From assembly GCA_963796275.1 (NCBI GenBank), contig CAWCKY010000003.1, positions 1,088,001 to 1,152,000 of the forward strand: a stretch of DNA of 64,000 nt, in the 5' to 3' direction. Source of the DNA: an uncultured Acidobacteriota bacterium (lineage in GTDB: Bacteria; Acidobacteriota; Blastocatellia; RBC074). Below are positions 55,454 to 64,000 of the stretch, piece after piece. The number at the start of each line of letters is the position of its first letter. Within the stretch, counting starts at the first letter, position 1. The translations under genes were made by a program, and so were the position numbers. Below the pieces are notes generated by a model. The model did not search any database. It saw only the letters and a list, made by a program, of their open reading frames with translations, and was not told the origin of the DNA.

Positions 55454-57080
55454 TGCATATTTCGACGTATCGTGAACACCAAATCCGGCTGATCGGTTCT
55501 CCCCAGAGTTTGGTGAAGACATTCCTTGTTATTCAACTGCGCTAAGGTGGCTCTGCTCATATCGCATTCAATATCCGCGCCTTCAGCAGGTCGAATTTAG
55601 CCCGACCGAACATCTGTCTCTTGATATATTTGAGCTTATTTACCTGTCCTTCTGTTTGACCGTTACTCCACGGTGAGGTGAAGGCTTTCTTAACGGCTTC
55701 ATAATCGCGGCGGATTCCATTGATAAAGCCCTTGAACGGATTACCTACTGCGGCTTCAGCTTGTTTGATCCATTCATCCAGACCGCCTACTTTTCTGGCA
55801 GCCAGGAGACGGCGAAAGCTCTGCACCAGCTCCAGACCTTGTTTAATGGGATCCATCTTCAGAAGCTGTTCGCGTTCTTGCCGCTCTTGCTCGGTCAACT
55901 TGTCTTGCGTTCTCAACAAGAGCCAGACACTCTGCCGTGCCGTCGGAACCTGTCGTTTCGGTGGCTTGAAACGGGACGGTGATAATAGGATGCCATTCAC
56001 GATAATCCCATCGTCCTGGCGCCAGGGATACACATAGCGCCAGACTCTGACACGGCTGCCGATGGTATCCTTGCGCAACCAATTCTCGATGCAACTGTTG
56101 AGCGTTGTGGCAACCTTCTGCCCATCGCGCCCTCAGATAAGCATCATATTGCTCAACTCCACTGCCAGGCGCTTGACGTTGTACGATCGGATATTCACTG
56201 GCTTCATAGAGCAACCGCGTCCCTTCGTAGCTGCCACCCAGATACCGTGCAACCTGGGCAATGTTCAGTCCTTCCGCCTTGAGTTCCTGTACCTTTTCAT
56301 AACGTGCTTTGCGGCTCGCGTGCCATTGCTGCCGTTTAATTTGATCTTTCTGCGATCGGACGTACTCGCTCGGTGTCGGCGGCACCACATGCTCAATCTC
56401 CGGTGGAGGTGGCGGTGCTGTCGGCAATAACTCATCAGCAAAGACCGTTTGCCAGTGTGCTTTGATGGCACTTGCCTGGCGATGCAACAGCTCTTCAAAA
56501 GCACTCGTCAGGTTCTTGAAGATATGCCAGCGATCGGCGATCTGCTCGGCCTGTGGAGCACCACTAGTCGCCCCTTCCTGGTAAGCCGTCGCGCGATCTC
56601 GACTGATCGTGGTTACGCTCGGATGTTGATGCAGCCATTCCGCCAGAGGAGCAGCCTCGCGACCCGGCAAAAGGTCGATTACCTTGTGCCTTTCAAAGTC
56701 CACCAATACCGTGCCGTACTCGCAGCCTCGTCGCAGAGCGAAATCATCGACGCCTAGGACTTTTATCTCGTCCGTTGTTTGCTCCGCCACTGGCGCGAAA
56801 TCGCGAATGCGTTTGATTAAGGTCGAGGCGCTTACTTGATAACCAAGCTTTTCTGCCAGTCTGGACCCTAGCTCTCCGCCCGAGGCGAGCCCCAGCAAGG
56901 TTTGATGCTGATTAAGGCGCACGGTGCCATGGGAATATTTTTCCACGCATTCTGGCAGTCGTTCACAAAAGATGGTGCGAGGGCAGCCCGTGTTTTCACA
57001 AAAGAATTTGCGCGCATGAAGTAGGAGGCGGACGGAAAACCCCGCAGTCGGTAGATCGCGAGGGCGCCGTAGGTAAGAGC

Positions 57081-58477
57081 CACTGGTATCTACACAAGTT
57101 TTTGCGTTTGGTTGCAAAGAGTTATCGCAATCAAACCTACCGAAAGAATATGCTCTTTGAATGTTTCTCCTCAAACCTCCATTTGACCCCCGTTTGCAAA
57201 GACGGTATGAGAGGCTGGTGAATGAACATCTCCATACAAGCGAGAATCAAGCTGCTGGATCGCGTGCGCTGCCGAGCGTTAATGAAGCGTTTGCCAGCAC
57301 GCAAGCGGCCTGGCGATTTTATGCCAACCCCAATGTGAGGCTGACGGGGCTGGTCGAACCGTTGGTAGAACAAGCTCGGCGGGAGATGCCGCTTGTCTGT
57401 CGACGGTATGGACTGGCGATCCACGACTGGTCTGATCTGCGCTACGGAACGCATACGAGCAAGAAGGATCGGAAAAAAATCGGCAGCGACTTGGGCTACA
57501 AACTGGCGACCACCTTGCTGCTGAGCGACCAGAGCGGGGCGCCGATAGCGCCGATCAGCCTTGGGCTGTGGGCCAATGATGGTTGGCACACAACGCTTGA
57601 TGAAGAGAGGCACAGAGATTGGTCGCCCCTGGGATTGGTGAGCCAGACAATGCGGGCTTCGCAGAAGCAAAAACTGTCGTTGCCGCTGGTCCACATCATT
57701 GATCGGGAAGGCGACTCGATCTTTCACTATCGTCAATGGAATAGTGAAGGCCATCTGTTTGAAGTACGTGCCAACGGGGAACAGAGAGTTGTTTGGCAGG
57801 AGCGGACACAACCGTTGAGCCAGGTCGCAGCACAGGTCGCCTTGCGCGCTAGCCAAGCGGTAGAGATTTCGGCCAATCTCATTGGGCAACTGTTTGTGGG
57901 CGAAACCAGCATCGTCATTGATCGTCCGGCCTTTCCCCGCGCGCGCGACGGGGGCAAGCGTCAATGGATCAAAGGTGAGCCGCTCGAACTGCGCTTGATT
58001 GTCTGTCAACTGCGCTTGCCCGATGAAACGATTGCGGCTGAATGGTACTTGCTCAGTAACGTGCCGGCTGGCATCAGCGCTGAGCAACTGGCCGAATGGT
58101 ACTACTGGCGCTGGAGAATTGAATCTTACTTCAAGTTGCTTAAAAGTCATGGTTTCCAAGTCGACCAGTGGCAGCAGGAAACTGCTGAGGCGATTGCCAA
58201 ACGTTTGTTGGTGGCGGCCATGGCTTGTGTCGTAGTCTGGCACATCCAACGCGCAACGGATCCGCAGACGGTCACCCTGCGCAATCTCTTGGTGCGATTG
58301 AGCGGTCGACAAGTTCGGCGTGGGCAACCCACTGCACCAGCATTGTTGGCTGGGTTTTGGAGTTTCTTGTCGACACTTGAATTGCTCGAACATTATGACC
58401 TCAATGACCTTAAACAGATGGCCCGGCTCATTGTGCCAGGCTATTCCTGACCGTCGGAAAATGTGTAGATGCCAGTG
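57081..58477 (+). mobile_element. IS4-family (IS50/Tn5-like) element with 9-bp target duplication GGTAAGAGC
   Basis: IRs CACTGG[T/C]ATCTACACA; duplication at 57072-57080 and 58478-58486. Confidence 0.92.
57161..58450 (+). CDS. IS4-family DDE transposase, intact
   Basis: AIHDWS, IIDREGD and YYWRWRIESYFKLLK (YREK motif). Confidence 0.92.
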   Translation: MFLLKPPFDPRLQRRYERLVNEHLHTSENQAAGSRALPSVNEAFASTQAAWRFYANPNVRLTGLVEPLVEQARREMPLVCRRYGLAIHDWSDLRYGTHTSKKDRKKIGSDLGYKLATTLLLSDQSGAPIAPISLGLWANDGWHTTLDEERHRDWSPLGLVSQTMRASQKQKLSLPLVHIIDREGDSIFHYRQWNSEGHLFEVRANGEQRVVWQERTQPLSQVAAQVALRASQAVEISANLIGQLFVGETSIVIDRPAFPRARDGGKRQWIKGEPLELRLIVCQLRLPDETIAAEWYLLSNVPAGISAEQLAEWYYWRWRIESYFKLLKSHGFQVDQWQQETAEAIAKRLLVAAMACVVVWHIQRATDPQTVTLRNLLVRLSGRQVRRGQPTAPALLAGFWSFLSTLELLEHYDLNDLKQMARLIVPGYS

Positions 58478-58719
58478 GGTAAGAGCTATGGACCTTCTGT
58501 GTTGGCTGTTGGCATACAGGGCAATGAACAACTGTTCGTGTTGTCTTAGCCTCGATCGTCATCACTAGCCCCGAAACGTTAAGTTTCTCGAATGCAATCA
58601 GATGCGGTGAGGGAATCAAAGCATCCATCCCGCAGCTTTTAACAGATGCTACGTCTCATCACCAAACTCTGGGGAGAACCCATCGTCGAATTTACCTTTC
58701 ACCATCACCGAAATACGCA

Positions 58720-60142
58720 AGTGCCAATGCGACATCCTTCGGGCGCACATACAGCTACGATGAATGGGGCAATCTGACCAATGTCGCTGCTACCGGTGCT
58801 GGAGAGAGTGGGGGCTATTCACTCAGCTATGTGAACAATGCGAGCGGTGCGCCGCTCAATAACAGGATCAACAACGCCGGGCATGTGTACGATGCGGCCG
58901 GGAATATGACTCAAGACCCTGCGCTGAGTTATACATATGACGCGGCCAATCGGTTGAAGACGGCGGGAGTGGGCAGCAGCTACGGATATGACGGAGACGG
59001 GTGGAAGGTAAAACAGGTGTCGGGAGTCAGCACGGGTTTCTCCCTGTGGTCGAGCGTGTTGGGACAGCCGGTGGTGGAACTGACGAGCGGAGGAGTAAAC
59101 CGAGCCTATGTCTACTCGAGTGGAGGGCAAGTGCTTGGGCTGCAGGCGACGGATCAACAGTTCTACTGGGTGCACACTGATCATCTGGGAAGCGGGAAGA
59201 TGATGACGAACACGAGCGGGGCAGTGGTCTATCGAGGACAGTACGATCCGCATGGGCAGATGGTCTATGAGTGGGCGAGCGATGGACAGATGAACAAGAA
59301 TTCGCACAAGTTCACGGGATATGAAAGGGATTCGGCGGCGGATTTGGATTATGCGAAGGCGCGGATGTACAGTAGGTTCAAGGGGAGGTTTACGTCGCCT
59401 GATCCATTGGGGTTGGGTGCTGCTGATCTGAGCAACCCGCAGAGTTTGAATCTGTATAGCTATGTCGGGAATGATCCAGTGAATTACACTGACCCGACCG
59501 GCTTGTTTAAGCATAATCCACCACAATCACCAAAACCACCAAGCATATGATCCGGCTTTTCTGGACTTCTTCCTGGATTCATTGGAGTTTCACAGCCGAA
59601 GTGGCGGCGGGTTTCAAGGGGGAGGAGGCGGTGGTCGCGGGGGGCAGGCGCCAGCGCAAACACCAACGCCGCCTCCACCGCAAACTGATTGTGAGCGGTT
59701 TGCAGACATGGTTGCTAACATTGCGGCTCAGGCGACTGGAAGTGAGAATTTCTTCGACAGGATGGCAAGTACCTTTACTGCCGCGAATAACAGTAGCATA
59801 AGTGAAATGAATAGAACTCAAGCATTGGGATTGCCAGCTGGTAGACCAAGATTTGGAGATTCGGGTTTCAAAAGTCAGTTCCGAGATGGCAGTAATCAGG
59901 TTCGGCATTTCACAGCTGGCCTGATAGCGGGATATAGGATAGGCACTACACCTGCTCTTCTCTTCATGAATAGTCGAGAAACATCCGGTATAGATGATGC
60001 TGACATTGCACTCAACCGTGAAAGTACTAGTATGGGGATGACTTACAGCGCTAGACCTGGGAGCTTTGCTGATCTTATCAACTTAACGGGTGGCAACTAC
60101 GGAGAGTTAGCTGATCAAATAAGAAAGAGATTATGTTTATGA
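58720..60142 (+). pseudogene. Rhs core C-terminal part plus toxin domain (frameshift near 59540)
   Basis: YSYDEWGNL, HTDHLGS, KFTGYERD, RFTSPDP and YSYVGNDPVNYTDPTG motifs; Gly/Pro linker; C-terminal domain in 59582..60142. Confidence 0.88.
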
Positions 60143-60669
60143 GTAAGTTTATCAAATGTGCAATCACTATTATTGGGGTTATAGCGTTAAGTAGTTGCAA
60201 TCTTCTGCTTCCCCCTCGTATAGGTAAAGTAACTGAAACTTGGGTCACTACAAATAACACATTTAAAATTCGTGTGAACAGGCACGCCGAAGAAAATGGT
60301 GGATTTGTGGGAGGAGCTTATTACGTTTTCCAAGCTGCTAAACAAGACTCAGACAACTGGACAGAGATCATGGTGGTTCGACACGATGATCCGATTGATA
60401 TTCCGCGAAAACAATTGCGCTTTGTGAATGATCAGATCGGTTACACATTCATGAATCGCAAGTTCGCCTCCACTATTGATGGAGGAATAACTTGGTCTGT
60501 TTGGGATGCGGTGGACAACCTTCAGGATTGGAAACTGACACGCGCATCGATAAGTGATGTACATATAGAGCCAAATGGGGATGGAGCTATGAAACTCGTT
60601 TCTTTTACAGATCACCCCCCTCCCAATCTTTTTACAAAGGACTATGGAAAAATCTGGGTTGTCAAGTAG
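60139..60669 (+). CDS. Lipoprotein, candidate cognate immunity protein
   Basis: ATGA overlap with the toxin stop; lipobox LSSC; Asp-box motifs STIDGGITW and TKDYGKIW; AT-richer than the core genes. Confidence 0.75.
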   Translation: MSKFIKCAITIIGVIALSSCNLLLPPRIGKVTETWVTTNNTFKIRVNRHAEENGGFVGGAYYVFQAAKQDSDNWTEIMVVRHDDPIDIPRKQLRFVNDQIGYTFMNRKFASTIDGGITWSVWDAVDNLQDWKLTRASISDVHIEPNGDGAMKLVSFTDHPPPNLFTKDYGKIWVVK

Positions 60670-60732
60670 CTTTCAGACCACTAGTCGAGCATAGTGGCAG
60701 AGCAGTGGTGGATGTGACTGACTGTAGACGTT

Positions 60733-61150
60733 CTTAATCGTAAATGCCTCTTGGATGAGGATTCCATCCACATCGAATAATCGATTAAGAACCTTCTCGA
60801 GAGATTTTCCTCGCTTATTTGTGTCGGTTTCTTTGAACAAGGCGAATAAGTCAGCCTTTATAGATGAGATTCTCTCACGACGATTGGCCTCTTCCTTTTG
60901 TTTAGCGCGAGTTTCCTCTACGCGTTGTTGTCTTTCTGCTTCACGCTCTATGTTCATCCTCGTGAATGCATCTTTTACGCCAATAATACGTCGAACATCT
61001 GCGACTTGGCCCTTTGCCTTCAATTGATCATTTGGCCAGCAAGTAGAAAAGTCTTCAAAGTCCGAAATGCGTTTTAGAACTTCGCGCCTTTCTCGCAGAG
61101 TTGCATCTCCGCCTTCATTTAGTCTCGTTAAAACAACGCGCGCGTAATTT
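60733..61150 (-). pseudogene. Fragment of a restriction-endonuclease (Mrr-like) gene, nuclease domain truncated
   Basis: RREVLKRISDFEDFSTCWPNDQLKAKG...RGKSLEKVLNRLF; no start codon; cut after EAFTIK. Confidence 0.5.
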
Positions 61151-61241
61151 CGTATTTACTGATGCTGTCTCTATCTATATCAATCTTCTGAACGAGGTCA
61201 TTTGTAATATCTGAAGAGACGCCAGCTCCTTTGGTATCCTT

Positions 61242-61275
61242 CAGTAACGCGTCACGAGCAGTAACGCGTCACGAG
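61242..61275. repeat. Perfect 17-bp tandem duplication CAGTAACGCGTCACGAG
   Basis: Directly visible. Confidence 0.9.
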
Positions 61276-61367
61276 TCCGGAATTAATATTTCGTGAGGGT
61301 GGTAATATCCAATGGAATTCAGCAACTTCCACCGGCAGAGTTCCAAGACGGAAGCAAAGGAACTCAT

Positions 61368-62025
61368 ATGTCATACTGGATGACTCTATATCGCAAGCTG
61401 TTTATCTTGAGCCTTGGATTGGGATTGATGACTGCTTGCTTTTTCTTAGTTGAGGTCTGGGCGAGCCGCCACTATTCAAGCAGGGCCCTGCAGAGCGCAC
61501 TGCCAGACCTAATACCTGCTACGACACTCCCTGGCACAGAGGATGAGATGAAGTGGTGGCAAACAGTTCGATCGCAGGCCGTGAAGCCGTCGCATCCTGG
61601 GCACGTAAGGACGAAGCAATCACCAAAGCCAAACGCAGACAGATAAGAGTCGCGTGGGGTATATCCGCTCATGCGAAGAGAAGGTATCTGATTCCACCAA
61701 ACAATTCGTGAGCTTGATGCGCGAGGCAGGTGAAAAATCATATCGAGTGCCGGTGCCTGACAACCGCCCTATCATTCTCCATAAAACCATGCCGAACTAC
61801 ACCGATGAGGCACGGCGGAGGAAAGTTAAGGGATCTGTCGTCATCTCTACAATGTTTCTTGCTGACGGGGAAGTTGGCGATGTCAGGATTGTACGGGGAT
61901 TGGGAGCGGGATTGGATGAAAAGGCATCTGAGGTTGCCCGCCAGATTCTCTTTCTTCCAGCAGTCAAGGATGGAGTGTTTGTTCCAACCCACTCCAACGT
62001 GGACATGGGGTTCAACATTTACTGA
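61368..62025 (+). pseudogene. TonB C-terminal domain protein with frameshift(s) near 61575-61650
   Basis: N-terminal TM helix; PNYTDEARRRKVKGSV, VRGLGAGLDEKA and FLPAVKDG in another frame. Confidence 0.7.
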
Positions 62026-62152
62026 GCGGGCATTTTGGGAGATACGAGTTTGGACAAATAGGGGATGGTCAAATGGCCTATCCATATGGATGTTAACTTT
62101 GCCAGAACTGTATGGTCCTAAACTCCATATCAGGCTAAGCAGGAGGCACAAA

Positions 62153-64000
62153 ATGCATGCTGTATCAGGAGGCGCTTGCGCCAGTTGCAGAGCCATCTGC
62201 CTTTTCATTGCCATCGGGTTGTTACTAGGCGGCAAGGGAAAAGCGCAGGAGAAAACTGACATACTCCATGATCTCGCGCAGAAATTGCAATCTCCTGACA
62301 GAGTCACCCGTCGCACTGCGGTAGAGGCGTTAGGAGTGTTTGGGGCGGTGGCTATGCCCGCCTTAATCGGCGCGCTCAAAGATCAGGACGCGGAGGTTCG
62401 CGTCTCTGCGGCAGAGGCGTTAGTGAATATTGGGCCGGCGGCGAAGGAAGCAGTGCCAGCACTGATCGTGGCACTCAAGGATCCGGAGGAAATGCTTCGC
62501 TTCTACGCAGCGTGGGCATTAGGGCAGATCGGTCCCGAGGCGAAGGAAGCCGTGCCGGCACTTATCGCCGCACTCAAGGATCCGAATGAATTTGTTTACG
62601 ACGTCGCACAAAATGCATTAAAGCGAATAGGGACAGCAGCCGTGCCTGCGTTGATCATCGCGCTCAAGTATCCGGAGGTAGGTGATCGCAGCTCCGCGGC
62701 AGAGGCATTAGGAAAGGTTGGGCCGGCGGCGAAGGAAGTAGTGCCGGCGCTGATTGAGGCACTCAAGGATCCAGAGCCGCGTGTTCGCAGCTCCGCGGCC
62801 AAGGCACTGGGGGAGATCGGGCCCGAGGCAAAGGAGGCTGTGCCCGCGCTGATCCTGGCACTGAAAGATCCGGATGCACGTGTCCGCGGCTCCGCAGCAT
62901 ACGCGTTCAAAGGGATTGGGCCGGCAGCGAAAGAGGCCGTTCCGGTGCTTATCGCCGCGCTCAAGGATCCACGGGAAAGTGTTCGCGGCGCCGCAGCATC
63001 ACTAGGATGGATTGGGCCTGAGGCGAAGGAAGCAGTGCCGGCGCTGATTGCTGCGCTCAAGGATCCACATGAAATTGTTCGTAACTCCGCAGCATCCTCA
63101 TTAGGGCAGATCGGTCACGAGGCGAAAGAGGCCGTGCCTGCCTTGATCGCCGCGCTCAAAGATCCGGATGGAGTTGTTCGCGGCTCCGCAGCCAATGCAT
63201 TGGCGCGGATAGGGCCGGAAGCCGTGCCTGCCTTGATCCCCCTGCTCAAGGATCCTGGGGTAGGTGTCCGCAACCTTGCATTCCATGCATTAGGGCAGAT
63301 CGGTCCCGAGGCGAAGGAAGCAGTGCCGGCACTTATCGCCACACTCAAGGGATCCGGACGCAAACATTCGCATCGCCACACAAAATGCATTAAAGCGAAT
63401 AGGGACAGCAGCCGTGCCTGCGTTGATCATCGCGCTCAAGTATCCGGAGGTAGGTGATCGCAGCTCCGCGGCAGAGGCATTAGGAAAGGTTGGGCCGGCG
63501 GCGAAGGAAGTAGTGCCGGCGCTGATTGAGGCACTCAAGGATCCAGAGCCGCGTGTTCGCAGCTCCGCGGCCAAGGCACTGGGGGAGATCGGGCCCGAGG
63601 CAAAGGAGGCTGTGCCCGCGCTGATCCTGGCACTGAAAGATCCGGATGCGCATGTCCGCGGCTCCGCAGCATCACTAGGGGGAATTGGGCCTGAGGCGAA
63701 GGAAGCAGTGCCGGCGTTGATTGCTGCGCTCAAGGATCCGGATGCACGTGTTCGCAGCTCCGCGGCTAGTGCGCTAGGGTGGATTGGACCTGAGGCAAAG
63801 GAGGCTGTGCCCGCGCTGATCCTGGCACTGAAGGATCCGGAGGCAAATGTCCGGAGCTCCGCAGCATATGCGTTCAAAGGGATCGGGGCGGCGGCGAAAG
63901 AGGCTGTGCCCGCGCTTATTGAGGTGCTAAAGAATGGAATACTCGCTAATAGAATACTCGCTAGCGGCTCCGCAGCAGAGGCCTTGGTGGGAATCGGGCC
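62153..64000 (+). CDS. Secreted HEAT/PBS-lyase-like repeat protein; apparent +1 frameshift near 63349; runs off the window
   Basis: AGGAGG RBS, signal peptide, many [32 protein letters not shown] repeats. Confidence 0.9.

Larger units (their letters stand above)
55495..58680 (-). mobile_element. ISL3-family element; transposase (58628 to 55557) interrupted by an IS4 and frameshifted near 56064
   Basis: Perfect 22-bp IR GGTTCTCCCCAGAGTTTGGTGA; CPVC..HSSY, GVDDFALRRG, ADRWH and WSNGQTEGQVNKLKYIKRQMFGRA motifs. Confidence 0.92.
55454..58719. mobile_element. Outer element with IS21-like ends (about 40 bp of each end remains) and a 4-bp target duplication AGTG
   Basis: TGCATATTTCG... / ...CGAAATACGCA; AGTG at 55450-55453 and 58720-58723. 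Confidence 0.75.

Noticed and set aside
57137-58531. 464-aa minus-strand ORF
   Set aside because: Antisense shadow of the IS4 transposase; the same applies to the many shadow ORFs over gltB, amtB, ppc and the protease.
62500-63700. Diversity-generating retroelement TR/VR pair
   Set aside because: No reverse transcriptase in the window; both copies are coding and the differences are block replacements, not adenine-specific.
62380-64000. Regularly spaced ~100-bp repeats resembling a CRISPR array
   Set aside because: They are in-frame coding HEAT repeats with synonymous variation, and no cas genes are present.

Overview
Bacterial chromosomal window, probably Acidobacteriota/Blastocatellia-like (inferred from gene style, not from a marker gene). 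About 1-50.9 kb is core genome: fabI; the tadA-tRNA-Ser x2-SRP RNA-dnaX-ybaB-recR cluster; pepP; mqnC; a nitrogen locus (glutamate synthase large subunit, glnD-amtB-glnK-outer-membrane porin); a secreted metalloprotease; a Ser/Thr kinase; dtd; nurA; ppc; asparaginase; lpxB and a lipid A acyltransferase; and a WYL regulator-DinB pair. Many gene boundaries there carry paired inverted arrays of 7- or 9-bp repeats with a different unit at each site. About 50.9-64 kb is a decaying accessory region: an AAA+/EBP chimera, two tandem paralogous orphan ORFs, an IS21 relic, and an S8-peptidase/Rhs gene split by three nested insertion elements. The Rhs C-terminus has a serum-amyloid-A/lipocone-like motif and is followed by a lipoprotein immunity candidate. 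A restriction-enzyme relic, a TonB-domain gene and a secreted mosaic HEAT-repeat protein follow. Several single-base frameshifts, including one in tadA, look like sequencing indels. All family calls come from motif recognition by eye; no searches were run.
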